Source: Tetramitus jugosus (taxonomy: Eukaryota; Protista; Heterolobosea). Taken from it: a stretch of 64,000 nucleotides of DNA. Positions 1 to 10,887 of the stretch are shown here, in pieces. The notes beneath the pieces were generated by a model. It was not told the DNA's origin. It made no database searches and saw only the letters and a list, made by a program, of their open reading frames with translations. Every line of letters starts with the position of its first letter. Within the stretch, counting starts at the first letter, position 1. The position numbers were made by a program, and so were the translations under genes. The stretch lies in NCBI GenBank assembly GCA_937625935.1, contig OW569365.1, forward strand, positions 310,001 through 374,000. The letters are read 5' to 3'.

Positions 1-1
1 T

Positions 2-625
2 GATTTCCTGTTGGGCAGAGCAAGTTTGAATTTGGCTCGCTTGGGTCACATTGAAGCTGTGGAAGCCATTTCTACAGTGATTGAACATTTGGCTCACGGT
101 GAGATTTTGCAAATGGCCGGCAAGGGCAAGTACGATTTTGACTACTACATGAAGACCATTTTCTTCAAGACATCGTCTCTGATTGCATACAGTTGTCTGT
201 CCTCTGCACTCATGAGTGGTGCAAGTGTAAAGACTATTGAGGCAGCATTCAAATTTGGTAAGCATATTGGAATTGCCTATCAATTGACTGATGATTCATT
301 GGACTTTACTCAGACTCAAAACTTTTTGGGTAAGCCATCAGGAGGTGCTGATATTAAGCTCGGTTTAACTACTGGTCCAGTCTTGTTCGCACTCAAGACA
401 TACCCTGATGCTATGAAGCAACTCATCGAGCGTAAGTTCTCCCACGAAGGAGACATTGAAAAGACAATAGAATATGTTCAAAAGAGCAATGCTGTCAGCA
501 TGACAAAAGACTTTGCAGCATCTCACTTCAGAAAGGCAGTAGACGCACTCATGGAGTTCGAGCCTTCTCCATTTAGAACCGCAATGATTCAAATGGTCGA
601 AAAGATCATGGTCAGAAACAACTAA
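2..625 (+). CDS. COQ1: Trans-polyprenyl diphosphate synthase (COQ1/PDSS1-like), 5'-truncated by the window edge
   Basis: The frame is open from base 2 (DFLLGRAS). It contains GEILQM, KTSSL, the second Asp-rich motif AYQLTDDSLD, and GKPSGGADIKLGLTTGPVL. Confidence 0.88.
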   Translation, partial: DFLLGRASLNLARLGHIEAVEAISTVIEHLAHGEILQMAGKGKYDFDYYMKTIFFKTSSLIAYSCLSSALMSGASVKTIEAAFKFGKHIGIAYQLTDDSLDFTQTQNFLGKPSGGADIKLGLTTGPVLFALKTYPDAMKQLIERKFSHEGDIEKTIEYVQKSNAVSMTKDFAASHFRKAVDALMEFEPSPFRTAMIQMVEKIMVRNN

Positions 626-744
626 TGGATTTATTTTTGCGAACGCCTTACAATTATACATCATCTCTGGTGGGACAACTCGAGCAAAATTGCCATTGGG
701 CGCGGGTATTTCGTTCCAATCTATAAACACCTTCCATTCACTAT

Positions 745-2340
745 TTATTCTTCTTTGGTTTCTTCTGCAACCTTTGTTAATCTGTAAAAGTTTGCTGTTG
801 CCCGGTTTGCTGCAAAAGGAACCTTTCCAACGCATTCAACCTTCCATGGACACTGAATGAGAAGTGATTCGATACCTTCCATAGGCAGAACTGATACAAT
901 CAACCATTGACCGGTGGTTGGCTTTAGCACTCTCCAGACTTCCATTTCCATGTCAGGCAAATCGATTTCACCAGTCTCCGATGTTAAAATATTGTCCAAA
1001 CATGCCTTATCAACAACAACATCAAAGGTATTGTCCTCAAAATCGTCACCCATTTCTCTGACATCAACATGCTTAAAATCAAGCAAGTTCAAACTTTGTT
1101 TCTTATCTTCGGTGAGTGAATTGATCAAATCTTTTTGCTGTCTCAAAATCGTCTTGTACACTTGCTGCATATGAATGATGGCGAATCGTGAGATATCAAT
1201 CTGAGTCATTCGTTGTGAAAAATTGTTCGTGAGCAGCTCGACACCAAGAGACGACATGCCGCATCCCATAATCAGTGCATTGTTAAACGGAACATCATTA
1301 TTATCCGTCTTCACCTGATCAAACAAATGCTTCAATGCATTGTAGTCACAGTACCATTCATCAATGGATCCCTCCTGCGTATAATACTTGTTCCAATATT
1401 TTTCGACTGGGGAATCAGGCTCTCCCATCTCTTCCAATTGCTTGTACTTTTCGATATCGGATTTCGTTCTCGGTGGCAATGAATGATTGCCCAATTGCAT
1501 GGCATTGAATCTGTGAATGGCATGTTCCGCTCTCTGGAAAAAGGACACAATCTGTGCTTGATCCTCAACATTTGCACTCTCCAAGAATTGTCTCTTGGCC
1601 TCTCTTCGCATTGCCAATTGTTCCGATGCAGACAAGAGTGGTGCGTCTTCATTCTTGCCCTCTACGATACGGCCTCTGTCCAACCTCTTTCCAGAAATGA
1701 GTTTCAAGATGATACGGTACAATGTAAACGTATAAATCGAGTTCCTCTCGTCAATGGTCATCTCTGCAATCTCCTTCTTGAATACTGGGCTATAGGATTG
1801 ATCAGCACTGTTGAACATTTCATCTTGTTGCTTCTTTCTCAGCTTTTCCTTCTCTTCCTTGCTGTAATAGCTCTTGGGAACGGCTTGAATTGCACCCTTT
1901 GTCAACTCGCGTGCAAAATTCAAAATATCGGAATCAGTGGTACGACCAACAGAGGATGGATCATCTCTGTGTAGCTTGTCCTTGAACGAACGGAGGAAAT
2001 TGGACTCTAATTGATGTTTGACCATTTGTCTCTCACGTGGTGTCATGAGATTGATGGGCTTTGCGGCGAGTGAAGGAGGAATGGCACCACTAATGATTGC
2101 TTCTTTGATAAAGTTGGTAGGTCCATTGTTGGTTGGTTGTTGTGGTGATGCTGAGGCAGTTGTTGGTCTCACAAAAGCAGTTCCCTTCTTGGTTCCACTG
2201 CTGGATGGTGTCTTCTTCTTTGTCAGACAGACATGGTTGTGAAAACTGTGAACAGTCGTCCAGTGACGTGATGTTGCAGTTGTGTTGGATCGAATCAGTG
2301 GTGCAGGATTCCTTCTGAGAAGAAGAGAGAGGGAAGACAT
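745..2340 (-). CDS. SAM-dependent methyltransferase (EEF1AKMT4/METTL13-like C-terminal domain) with a long N-terminal extension and a probable mitochondrial presequence
   Basis: Motifs YWNKYY..DEWY, IMGCGMSSLG, QIDIS, FDVVVDKACLD and VWRVLKP. The N-terminus is Arg/Ser/Leu-rich with no acidic residues. Confidence 0.75.
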   Translation of the reverse strand: MSSLSLLLRRNPAPLIRSNTTATSRHWTTVHSFHNHVCLTKKKTPSSSGTKKGTAFVRPTTASASPQQPTNNGPTNFIKEAIISGAIPPSLAAKPINLMTPRERQMVKHQLESNFLRSFKDKLHRDDPSSVGRTTDSDILNFARELTKGAIQAVPKSYYSKEEKEKLRKKQQDEMFNSADQSYSPVFKKEIAEMTIDERNSIYTFTLYRIILKLISGKRLDRGRIVEGKNEDAPLLSASEQLAMRREAKRQFLESANVEDQAQIVSFFQRAEHAIHRFNAMQLGNHSLPPRTKSDIEKYKQLEEMGEPDSPVEKYWNKYYTQEGSIDEWYCDYNALKHLFDQVKTDNNDVPFNNALIMGCGMSSLGVELLTNNFSQRMTQIDISRFAIIHMQQVYKTILRQQKDLINSLTEDKKQSLNLLDFKHVDVREMGDDFEDNTFDVVVDKACLDNILTSETGEIDLPDMEMEVWRVLKPTTGQWLIVSVLPMEGIESLLIQCPWKVECVGKVPFAANRATANFYRLTKVAEETKEE

Positions 2341-2429
2341 CGTTTCTTTGGCGCTTTGATTTTGTTTGTTTGTGATGAAAGAAAATGCTTCTAGAAAAAG
2401 AACAAGATTAAAATTGATAATTCATTCAT

Positions 2430-3140
2430 TTAGAACTTCAATGCGTGTGGGTAGACACCGTTGGACAAGGAGAAGTGTTGGGACAGATATTCCTTCAAGA
2501 ATTGAACCTTTTCGACAGCAGCGATGATTTGAGCATCAACACCTTGTTGCAATTGAACAAACTCTTGTGGCAATTCCTTCTTTTGTCCGTCCTTGAAGAA
2601 GTTGGTCTCAGTCTTATCGTTGCTAGACTTGGACTTCTTCCACAAAGCGTCGTTGACCTTGGAAACATCAACTGCGGAAACGTCAACCTTGGTGGAGGTG
2701 GCAATAACGTAAGCTTGGTTAACTCTCTTCAATGGAACACCATTGACCTTGTATGGGCCAGTGACCAACAACAAGCCAGAGTCCAATTGCTTCAAGAAGA
2801 CAACTCTCTTTCCAGCAAATCTACCAGCCAACAAGATCAAGACGGTACCAGGTGTGATGGTTGCTCTGAGTCTAGTTTGAGCGTGCTTCTTACCTCCAGT
2901 CTTTTGTGCAACAGAGTTTCTGGTGGAGAACTTCTTTTGGATAGTTCTGGTTTGGTTCTTCTTACCGAAGGACTTGGTCTTTGGTTGTTCAGCAACAGCT
3001 GCAGCCTTTGCAACAGGCTTAGCGTTAGCCTTGATCAAAGCCCAGACACCTCTTCTGTGGTATTGTTGAGCAGAGGAGAAACGTGGGACAGAAGGAGAAA
3101 GAGCTGAAGCAGCTTGTGGGTTCTTGTAAGTCTTGACCAT
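2430..3140 (-). CDS. RPL6: 60S ribosomal protein L6 (eL6)
   Basis: LRATITPGTVLILLAGRFAGKRVVFLKQLDSGLLLVTGPYKVNGVPLKRVNQAYVIATSTK and C-terminal FSLSNGVYPHALKF. Start set at ATG 3140 (MVKTYKN). Confidence 0.97.
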   Translation of the reverse strand: MVKTYKNPQAASALSPSVPRFSSAQQYHRRGVWALIKANAKPVAKAAAVAEQPKTKSFGKKNQTRTIQKKFSTRNSVAQKTGGKKHAQTRLRATITPGTVLILLAGRFAGKRVVFLKQLDSGLLLVTGPYKVNGVPLKRVNQAYVIATSTKVDVSAVDVSKVNDALWKKSKSSNDKTETNFFKDGQKKELPQEFVQLQQGVDAQIIAAVEKVQFLKEYLSQHFSLSNGVYPHALKF

Positions 3141-3342
3141 TTTGTCTGTGAATGTATATGTTTTGGCAGAAACGACGTGTGTTTGTTTTTTCAGATTTTT
3201 TGGTGTTGAAGTTATTTTTCTCAAGTTGACTCATTGTTCAACAAGAGCTTCAATTTCATCGATGAAGTTTCAAAAACACCGAAATGCTTAAAAAATGAAA
3301 AATGATTATTGCGAAAATCGAGTGGAAAAGCAAATTATTGCT

Positions 3343-5028
3343 TTATGTTCTGACTGAGTCTTCATCGACATCCACATCATCGTCATCTTCGTCGCCGCTG
3401 TTGTTTGGTTGGTCAACATCTTGGACCATTTCATTCCAAATCTCATCTTCTACTTCGTCATCCTCTCCAACGTACTCTTCCATTTGCATTCGTATGACTT
3501 GCACCAGTATGATTGTGCCAATAGTCAATGAGATTAAGCACACAATACCTGCTATGATAATACTGTTCAGTGATAATTTTCCAATCTTCCACCAGGGTTT
3601 TCTTGTTGGTGGTTGATCATCACTGTCGCTTCTTGATGGACTGGGATCAGGAATGATGATAATCTCTTGGTCCGTTGTTCCCAATAATTCTAGCGTGATA
3701 CTCAATGGTGCATCTTCAATGTCGAGAGTTGAGGCTCTTTTTGGAGATATTCTCCAATCTCCCTTTGCTTGCTCACCCCAAAATTGAAGCGTTCTTGCTT
3801 GATTGTTGGTCGTGGTGATTTCAAACTCTTTGTTGCTTGGAGCATGAACGCTGAGAGTCACGAAAGCATCACTAGAGTTGAGTGAGATGCGAATCTGTTC
3901 GATATAGATTGATTGGTGCATTTGAAATGATACTGTGTTGTCATGATTGGTGCGAATACTCTTCACTTTTGTTTGCTTGTTGCTGATGAGTGGATTGTGA
4001 CTCGACCGCCATGATTGAGCTAATTTCAATGCTTGCTTCATATTGATCTTGCCAAAGCCATGGCATTCATTCCACAGAATGTTTCCTGTTTCTGTTGATG
4101 ATGAATCCCCCAACGATGTTGAATGAATCAATATATATCTGATATCTCGTGCTGTCAACTCAGGATTCACCTGTAGTAGTGTAGCGACAAGAGTTGATCC
4201 GACAATTGCTGCTTCAGCATCATCCGTAGCATCGACTACAGCCAGAATGTCTGTTCGATGGGAACATGACTCAGACGATCCAATGTTTAACACGTGTGCA
4301 CTGTTGATATGAGAGAATGAAGCAGGACAAATATGAATCGAACCTAGAGAATTGCGACCTTGATGATGCTCCTTCTCAATGAGTGATTCCAGTTGTTCTC
4401 TGTCATCGTCATTCATATTTCTTTCTCTCAACAAGTGAACATAAATGTCCGCTTTTGTCTCATACGGTCTTGATAAAGCTACAGTGTCAATATCATCGTG
4501 TTGCGCAAGTCTAATGATGGATTGTGTTGTAGTTACTGTTGCTGTTGCTGTTGCAAGTGTTGCTGACAAATTATGCAATGATTTTCTTACAATCTCTCGT
4601 GTTAACTGCGGCTTCGTTTGTTCGCTACCATCTGTGACGCTAGCGATCGTAATGGCTGGTTTCGATTGATCGAATTGACATTGGTCTTCATTCTTTACCA
4701 TATGATCTCGATTGTCATCGTCATTGTTCTTTGTCTTTGGTCCAATCATTGAATGTTCACATATCATTTTGGCGCGATTATCAAACAGTGTGATGATTGT
4801 TGGTATTGTTGTTGTTGTTAACGTATTGTCATCACCATGGTTAACGTTGACCATCAAATTGGACACAATATTTGTGTTTACAGAGTTCATGTGAGCTGAT
4901 GATGGATGATCGGTTGCAGCAGCTGCTGAACACATGGCACCACTAGAGAACATTAAGCATGAAATAGTCATGAATAGAATGATTAATAATTGCAGTCGAT
5001 TGTGTTTGAGAAGACCAGAACTTAACAT
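3343..5028 (-). CDS. Kexin/furin-like (S8B) type I membrane protein with a degenerate catalytic domain, P-domain, TM helix and acidic tail
   Basis: Signal-like LLIILFMTISCLMFSSG, then QGRNSLGSIHI, NPELTARDIRYIL, HGFGKIN..ALKLAQSW, FWGEQAKGDWRI and TM IIIAGIVCLISLTIGTIILVQVI. The start codon is uncertain (ATG 5028 chosen). Confidence 0.75.
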   Translation of the reverse strand: MLSSGLLKHNRLQLLIILFMTISCLMFSSGAMCSAAAATDHPSSAHMNSVNTNIVSNLMVNVNHGDDNTLTTTTIPTIITLFDNRAKMICEHSMIGPKTKNNDDDNRDHMVKNEDQCQFDQSKPAITIASVTDGSEQTKPQLTREIVRKSLHNLSATLATATATVTTTQSIIRLAQHDDIDTVALSRPYETKADIYVHLLRERNMNDDDREQLESLIEKEHHQGRNSLGSIHICPASFSHINSAHVLNIGSSESCSHRTDILAVVDATDDAEAAIVGSTLVATLLQVNPELTARDIRYILIHSTSLGDSSSTETGNILWNECHGFGKINMKQALKLAQSWRSSHNPLISNKQTKVKSIRTNHDNTVSFQMHQSIYIEQIRISLNSSDAFVTLSVHAPSNKEFEITTTNNQARTLQFWGEQAKGDWRISPKRASTLDIEDAPLSITLELLGTTDQEIIIIPDPSPSRSDSDDQPPTRKPWWKIGKLSLNSIIIAGIVCLISLTIGTIILVQVIRMQMEEYVGEDDEVEDEIWNEMVQDVDQPNNSGDEDDDDVDVDEDSVRT

Positions 5029-5273
5029 TGTGCGCCACAAGTGAGCAATGTACTGTGCGTGTTGTTGAATGTCACATGAGATTGAAACCATGATGGAGAT
5101 TGTGATGGGTGAGCAGAGATGAATATGCTCGATCGTGGTGAATAGATCAGCATCTACACCAATATGTTGGTGTTGTAGCATATAAGATTGACAGAGGAGA
5201 GAAAAATTGTGTTGATATGGAATCAATTTATCGCTTAGGATTCTCCTTGCGAAGCGGCTAACAAGAGTGGGCT

Positions 5274-8200
5274 ATGGGCAACAGCTACTTTTTTGCCCAT
5301 GAAGCAGGAGAAATAGATGAATTCCAGGAGGGAAATCAGGACAACGAACATGCCAAGTTATCGACAGCTCCGAAAAACACAAATTTGATTCTGAACAAGC
5401 AGTTGGTGATGAGCGAGCAAAAACCAAATTTTAATGTCAATGACGACTCAAAAGCTTTGCTTGACAATGTCATTGATTGGCTCGGAATCACTAGGAATCG
5501 ATTTCCTTCCCAAGAGATCTTGTACGATGAAGTAGAACATCTGTTTATCACGAGCAATAACAAGAAGAAGACTACTTCATTGACTCTCTATTCCCCTCAG
5601 TTTATCAAGAAACATATCTGTGAGAGATCATTAATTGTGTTTGCCCATGTTTTTGAAGCCAATAAGCTCTATGTGAATTCACAACCGGATGATCCATGGC
5701 CCACAGCAGCTTGCATGTTCATGCATCACATGGATCGATACTTGAGTCAAGTAAATGTCAATAACGTGATGAAGAATGAAGAGGTTGATGACTTGTATAG
5801 TGATGAGGATGATGAAGTTCTTGACGAGCAACACAGTGGAGATACTACTCCATTGGTGCTGGATCATCACTATATCTTATCACATTTCAATCATTTTGAT
5901 CGAACAGATAACGAGAGTGATGAGAATAGCGATGAATATCCATGTGTCCACTTACAGAATCTGTGGAAGTTATTGGCTGAGGAGGTGTGGTGGAGATTAT
6001 TCATATTTAATGATTGGAATGCGTTCTCTCATGTACCATCTCAAGAAGAGATGAAGAAAAAAGTAGAGAGCAATAACCAAGCAAAAGTTCAGTTTAAACC
6101 AGATGCTACAGAAAAGACGAAGAGACGGATGAAACATAATGACGATCCCTATTTATTTATTAATTATTATGATCTTGAGCTTCGATCACGAGAGGCACCA
6201 TTTAAGATGTCCAAGCAGGCACACGAGTTTATTCGCTACCTAATCTGGGGATACCATTATGGTATGACCAGTGACTTGTGGGATGAGCCATTGAGTAACC
6301 TGGAAACAGTGAAGCATGTTGTACTCATTGATATGGACAATGTCGGGAAAGCAATTACGGAGCTCGCAACTAAGAACTTTTCATATCCAGATACTGTGTT
6401 CTTTATCGTTGCAGGGCCTTCCTTCAATCCAACGAGATCAATATCAAAGTTACTCGACACAATACCTGAAAGATTGAGATATATTCAAATCTTGTTTGAT
6501 AAATCTGAGTTGAGTGATGCGAGAAGTATGAATGGCTTTGAGCAATATTTGTTCAAGTTTTACGAGAGTGGTTATTTTACTCCATACAGAGACGCGGCGG
6601 ACTATTGCCTTTGTGGCATCGCAGGTATTCTTCATCGAAGACTTCCATTACATGTTAATCTATGGATTCTGAGTAGGGATGACGGACTGAAACACCCTGT
6701 GAGACACATACACATGAGAGGTCGACCGTCATTCATAATTAATCAAAAAGATTTGTTATCAGTGTTTGACGAGTATCTACTTGATCATGATGAGTTGGAG
6801 AGAAAATTGCATGAGAGAATCGATACGATGGTGTCAGATTGGAGTTCGTTAGATGTAGTAGAAAGAGAATCGTTAGAGGTCAATATAGACAATTCAATCG
6901 AACTCAGCGAGTACAGCCAACAGGAGATAGACAAGGTTTTTTTGAGCTCTGGTGGTATTGACTTTGATAGACGCCGATATGAGGAGGAAATGGGCTCATG
7001 TGTTGCTGATTATATTCAAAAGCACAGGAATAAGTTCGCGATTTTGCAACAATTAAGAGTTAAAGGTCGTAGAATTGGTTATAAGGGCTGGATGGAGATA
7101 TGTAAGGAGATTCCTTTCTTCATAGACAAAAATATGCTGTTCGAAATAGACCTGAGGGGGGGAAGAATCGGCGATGAAGGGATAGAAGAATTATGTCGTG
7201 TATTGCAGGGTAACCGTAGCGTATATTTTCTGGATTTGGGTGCTTGTTTTTGCGCCGATAGAGGAGCGATTGCCCTTGCTAGTTTTGTAAAGCAAAGTGA
7301 TTCTCTACAAATTCTAGACTTAAGGTGGAACAAGATTGGACGAGTTGGAGCAACGGCACTAGCAGAAGCATTGGTGGAGAATAACTCGTTAGTTATTTTG
7401 AATATGAGAGTAAATCAACCAACACTGAGTGGAGCTAGTGCAATATTACACACGATACTGCAGAAGAAGGATTGTTGTGTGTCTGGAGTAGATCTGCGAG
7501 AATGCAAGGCAGACTTTGGTTCTACCTTCAGTGAGATATTAAAGGAGAGAAAGGAAGAAGGAAGCTCTGATCAAGTGAACCGAGCATTATCCGTTGATCT
7601 ATGTGGAAATGGGTTGAATTCCAATAGTGCCGCTTCCATTTCAGGAATCCTATCATCGTTCAATTATTTGAACTCCTGGTATATTACTCGTTTTATGTTG
7701 GATTACAACAACATTGGTTCACTTGGACTTCAGTATCTAAGTAAGGCATTATGCACAAACGAAACTCTTGTCGTTCTTACACTAGCTCGTAACGGAATAG
7801 ATAGTGCAGGTGCAGTGGCATTAGCTGAAGCTCTCCGTCATAATACTACGTTGACTCATATAGATATACACAAGAATCCAATTGGTAATATCGGTGTGTA
7901 TGCACTGGCTGATGTGTTAGCTGGCCAAAATCAAACCCTCGCCTATCTGAACCTAAAGTTCACAGATTGCACAGATTTTGGAGCAGTTGCCTTGTCAAGA
8001 GCAATTCGAAAGAACGATTCTCTCACATTTCTTGATTTATCAAAGAATAACATTGGTACAGTAGGTGGTGTGTCATTGGGTCGTGCTCTAGAGAACAACA
8101 TGACTCTCAATAGACTGATCCTCGACGAGAATAATGTTGGGGACTCCGCTTTCAGAGTGCTCTCGAGAAATTTCGGAAATCAAAGCTCATATCATGTTCG

Positions 8201-8987
8201 AGTCGAGTTAGAGAGATGTAACATTAGAGGACAAGGCTTGAAGCAAATGAGTTTGGAACCAGATATGCTCGAGTATATATCTCATCTGAACTTGGGGTCA
8301 AATTTTTTAGGATCTGATAATATCGCTCCGGTATATTTTGAGTTGAAAGATTGGTTGCCCACGTTACATATCAATGCAAGTCCTATGATGCCTTTATTGA
8401 GTTCAATATTCTCGTCTACAAGTCTGCGATTTGTTGAGCTCCAGAACAATAATATTGGAGACAGAGGAGTGGAACTGTTACTCGCATCAGGCTCTTTGCC
8501 AAATGTTATGTTTCTAAACTTAGGTACAAATAATATTTCAGAGAAGGGAGCACTTTGTTTATCAAATGTTTTGAAGGATTGTGACACTAATCAGTTGATT
8601 GGCCTAAATTTGAACCACAACAATCTTGGCGATGAAGGAGCTGGGTTTATTGCCGATGTTTTGAAGAGCAGCATCACGCTCACGAATTTGAAACTCCAGA
8701 ACAACAGTATTACATGTATTGGAGCAGCACACCTATCACGTGCTCTCTGTTCTTCCCCATCCAGATCTGTTTTAGACTATTTAGATTTAGAGAAGAACTT
8801 AATTGCTGATGAAGGCGCAATTCACATAGCAGAGTCCGTAGCTCAAAATCACTCTCTGAGCTTTGTTTCATTGGAGAGAAACTCACTCATAACTCAAGCA
8901 GGTGCTTCTCTTTTCTACCAGAATGGAGCAAAGATCCTTTCTGATCCCGAGTCTGAAGTAATTGCCATGTTACAAATAACTGTATAG
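5274..8987 (+). CDS. PIN/NYN-like nuclease domain followed by a long ribonuclease-inhibitor-type LRR array
   Basis: VVLIDMDNVG...DAADYCLCGIAG...WILSRDDGL at about 6320-6690, followed by many LxxLxLxxNxIGxxGAxxLAxAL repeats from about 7130 to 8900. Confidence 0.8.
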   Translation: MGNSYFFAHEAGEIDEFQEGNQDNEHAKLSTAPKNTNLILNKQLVMSEQKPNFNVNDDSKALLDNVIDWLGITRNRFPSQEILYDEVEHLFITSNNKKKTTSLTLYSPQFIKKHICERSLIVFAHVFEANKLYVNSQPDDPWPTAACMFMHHMDRYLSQVNVNNVMKNEEVDDLYSDEDDEVLDEQHSGDTTPLVLDHHYILSHFNHFDRTDNESDENSDEYPCVHLQNLWKLLAEEVWWRLFIFNDWNAFSHVPSQEEMKKKVESNNQAKVQFKPDATEKTKRRMKHNDDPYLFINYYDLELRSREAPFKMSKQAHEFIRYLIWGYHYGMTSDLWDEPLSNLETVKHVVLIDMDNVGKAITELATKNFSYPDTVFFIVAGPSFNPTRSISKLLDTIPERLRYIQILFDKSELSDARSMNGFEQYLFKFYESGYFTPYRDAADYCLCGIAGILHRRLPLHVNLWILSRDDGLKHPVRHIHMRGRPSFIINQKDLLSVFDEYLLDHDELERKLHERIDTMVSDWSSLDVVERESLEVNIDNSIELSEYSQQEIDKVFLSSGGIDFDRRRYEEEMGSCVADYIQKHRNKFAILQQLRVKGRRIGYKGWMEICKEIPFFIDKNMLFEIDLRGGRIGDEGIEELCRVLQGNRSVYFLDLGACFCADRGAIALASFVKQSDSLQILDLRWNKIGRVGATALAEALVENNSLVILNMRVNQPTLSGASAILHTILQKKDCCVSGVDLRECKADFGSTFSEILKERKEEGSSDQVNRALSVDLCGNGLNSNSAASISGILSSFNYLNSWYITRFMLDYNNIGSLGLQYLSKALCTNETLVVLTLARNGIDSAGAVALAEALRHNTTLTHIDIHKNPIGNIGVYALADVLAGQNQTLAYLNLKFTDCTDFGAVALSRAIRKNDSLTFLDLSKNNIGTVGGVSLGRALENNMTLNRLILDENNVGDSAFRVLSRNFGNQSSYHVRVELERCNIRGQGLKQMSLEPDMLEYISHLNLGSNFLGSDNIAPVYFELKDWLPTLHINASPMMPLLSSIFSSTSLRFVELQNNNIGDRGVELLLASGSLPNVMFLNLGTNNISEKGALCLSNVLKDCDTNQLIGLNLNHNNLGDEGAGFIADVLKSSITLTNLKLQNNSITCIGAAHLSRALCSSPSRSVLDYLDLEKNLIADEGAIHIAESVAQNHSLSFVSLERNSLITQAGASLFYQNGAKILSDPESEVIAMLQITV

Positions 8988-8993
8988 TTGCTA

Positions 8994-10808
8994 TTACTCA
9001 TGAACATGTACTGTATCATCTTCAGCGTCAGATAAAAATGTTAGATTATCCTCATTCTGTCCAAATGATTGGATATGTTGTTGCAAGCTCTCCTCATTTA
9101 ATAGGCTATCTTTCCACAACTTGTCAATGTCAAGGATTGCACCTGGATCCAACTCAACTTTACTCCTTTTTTCCACTTCCTTCAAATCCAAGAGATTCCT
9201 GCTGGAGGAAGCTTCTCTCAGCCGTTGCCGTTTCACTTTAGATAAGGTTCGTTCGCGAACTGATAAACCTGCCTCGCGCTCAGAGTCCCTCCTGCTCAAG
9301 CGTGAATGAGTGGGTGTCGTTACTGGAGAAGATGCCGAAGTAGTACTAGAGGAGCGCACTGAACTATTTTGGCTCACGATAACTTCAACTTCTGATGATT
9401 CTGAATCTTGATCATCATCCAATAGCGACTTATTTGTTTGTTCCACTTGAATTCGGTAGAGCTTTGATTTTGACGTAGGAGATGCTATCATAGATCTCAT
9501 TGTATCATCTGGAGGATTGGTTTTGATAATTTCAGAGTCGTTTTCGAAATCATAGTCATCCTTCTTCCTTCTCTTTAACTTGACTTCTCCAGATTCTATA
9601 AGAAATAATTTCAGGGCTTTTGATATCTCTTGAACTTTAAATTTTGCTTTTACTAACTGAGATTCCAGTAAATGTTTTCTCTCCCTGTATCGAAGCGCAA
9701 CGAGAGTATCGTCATCTTGATCAGTGAAATCAGTGAAACTAAAAATTCGAGTTAAGTAATTAACGGAGCGAGAAGAAAAAGAACAGACAAACTACTTACT
9801 CAAAAGGAGGAATCTCAAGAGGATCTGAAGCGACGTTCTCTGATGGTGTGACATCCCTCGGGTTTTCTTCTACCTTGATCTCAGTTTCTGTCGTATTCTC
9901 TTCTTCAGATACCAGTTTCTTATTTCTTTTCAGTGCAAGTTTCAAACTCTTATTTTCTCGTTGAAGAGCTGCCACTGTCTTATGTAACTCCTCTATTTGT
10001 TGAATATAGTTTTGAGCTTGTGCATTCACCTGAGAGAACTGAATTATTGTGCTATCATATGATCGTTTCATACTAAAGAGTACTTCGTTAGTTCATTGTT
10101 CCTCATCTATTCTCTACATTTAGGACTAACTTACTCGATGGAATTGGTTAGAACATTCGGATCTCTTTCATAAGCATTCTTGATTTTGGCTAATATGGAC
10201 GAGAATGGAGACTGAGATATAATTTGATCAAACATATCGCTATAAACTTTTAAAGCTCGCCTTCTTGTTTCAGATTCAGAGTAATCTGGATCTTCTTGCA
10301 ACTCCTTAAGTTTTACAGCAAGTTCTGCTTCGAGTTGCACTGCACTCGACCGAAACTTATTATTCTTATTCAATAACTTATCATTGTTCTCCTCTGTCAC
10401 ATTTCTTTTGTTCATTGACCGATAAATTAATCCAACTTCAGATCTTTGCTTTTCTTTCAGTTGTGGGATCGCTCCTTTGCGATTTGGGTGTGAGATAAAG
10501 CGATATGAGGAATGGTACTTAACTAATGAAATAGACATACGATTGCTTGGTACACGGTTCAAAGCTGACTTTGGCCTGGCAAGTGATTGTAAAAGGTCAT
10601 GATTCTTTGGTGAATGGGATAAAGAATGAGGAAGGGATTGTCGTAAGGATGCACCCTTGGTTGATGAAGCTCCCCTTGCGTTTCGATGTGGAAGATTCAG
10701 TTGTTGAGTAACTACTAATCGATTCTTTTGATTCAGGAGACGAGATGTCTGATTGGAATCAAGGGAACGAATGCGCAAATCAAAGTTTGGATCAATTGAT
10801 GGTTGCAT
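8994..10808 (-). CDS. Coiled-coil protein with a TSNAXIP1 N-terminal-like segment; exons 10808-10135, 10072-9800, 9738-8994
   Basis: Introns 10134-10073 (GTAAGT..ACTAAC..TAG) and 9799-9739 (GTAAGT..TAG) join three ORFs in frame. A further in-frame intron at 10540-10475 is possible. LKVYSDMFDQII..ILAKIKNAYE resembles TSNAXIP1_N. Confidence 0.6.
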
Positions 10809-10887
10809 CTGAAGACGAAGCGTTTATTTTTTCGAGCCGTAGACCAAAGAACTGACAACTTGAGAGCTCCGACACCAGAGGAACTCT

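Noticed and set aside
2445-3107. 220-aa plus-strand ORF opposite RPL6
   Set aside because: It is the antisense shadow of a codon-biased ribosomal protein gene and has no motifs of its own.
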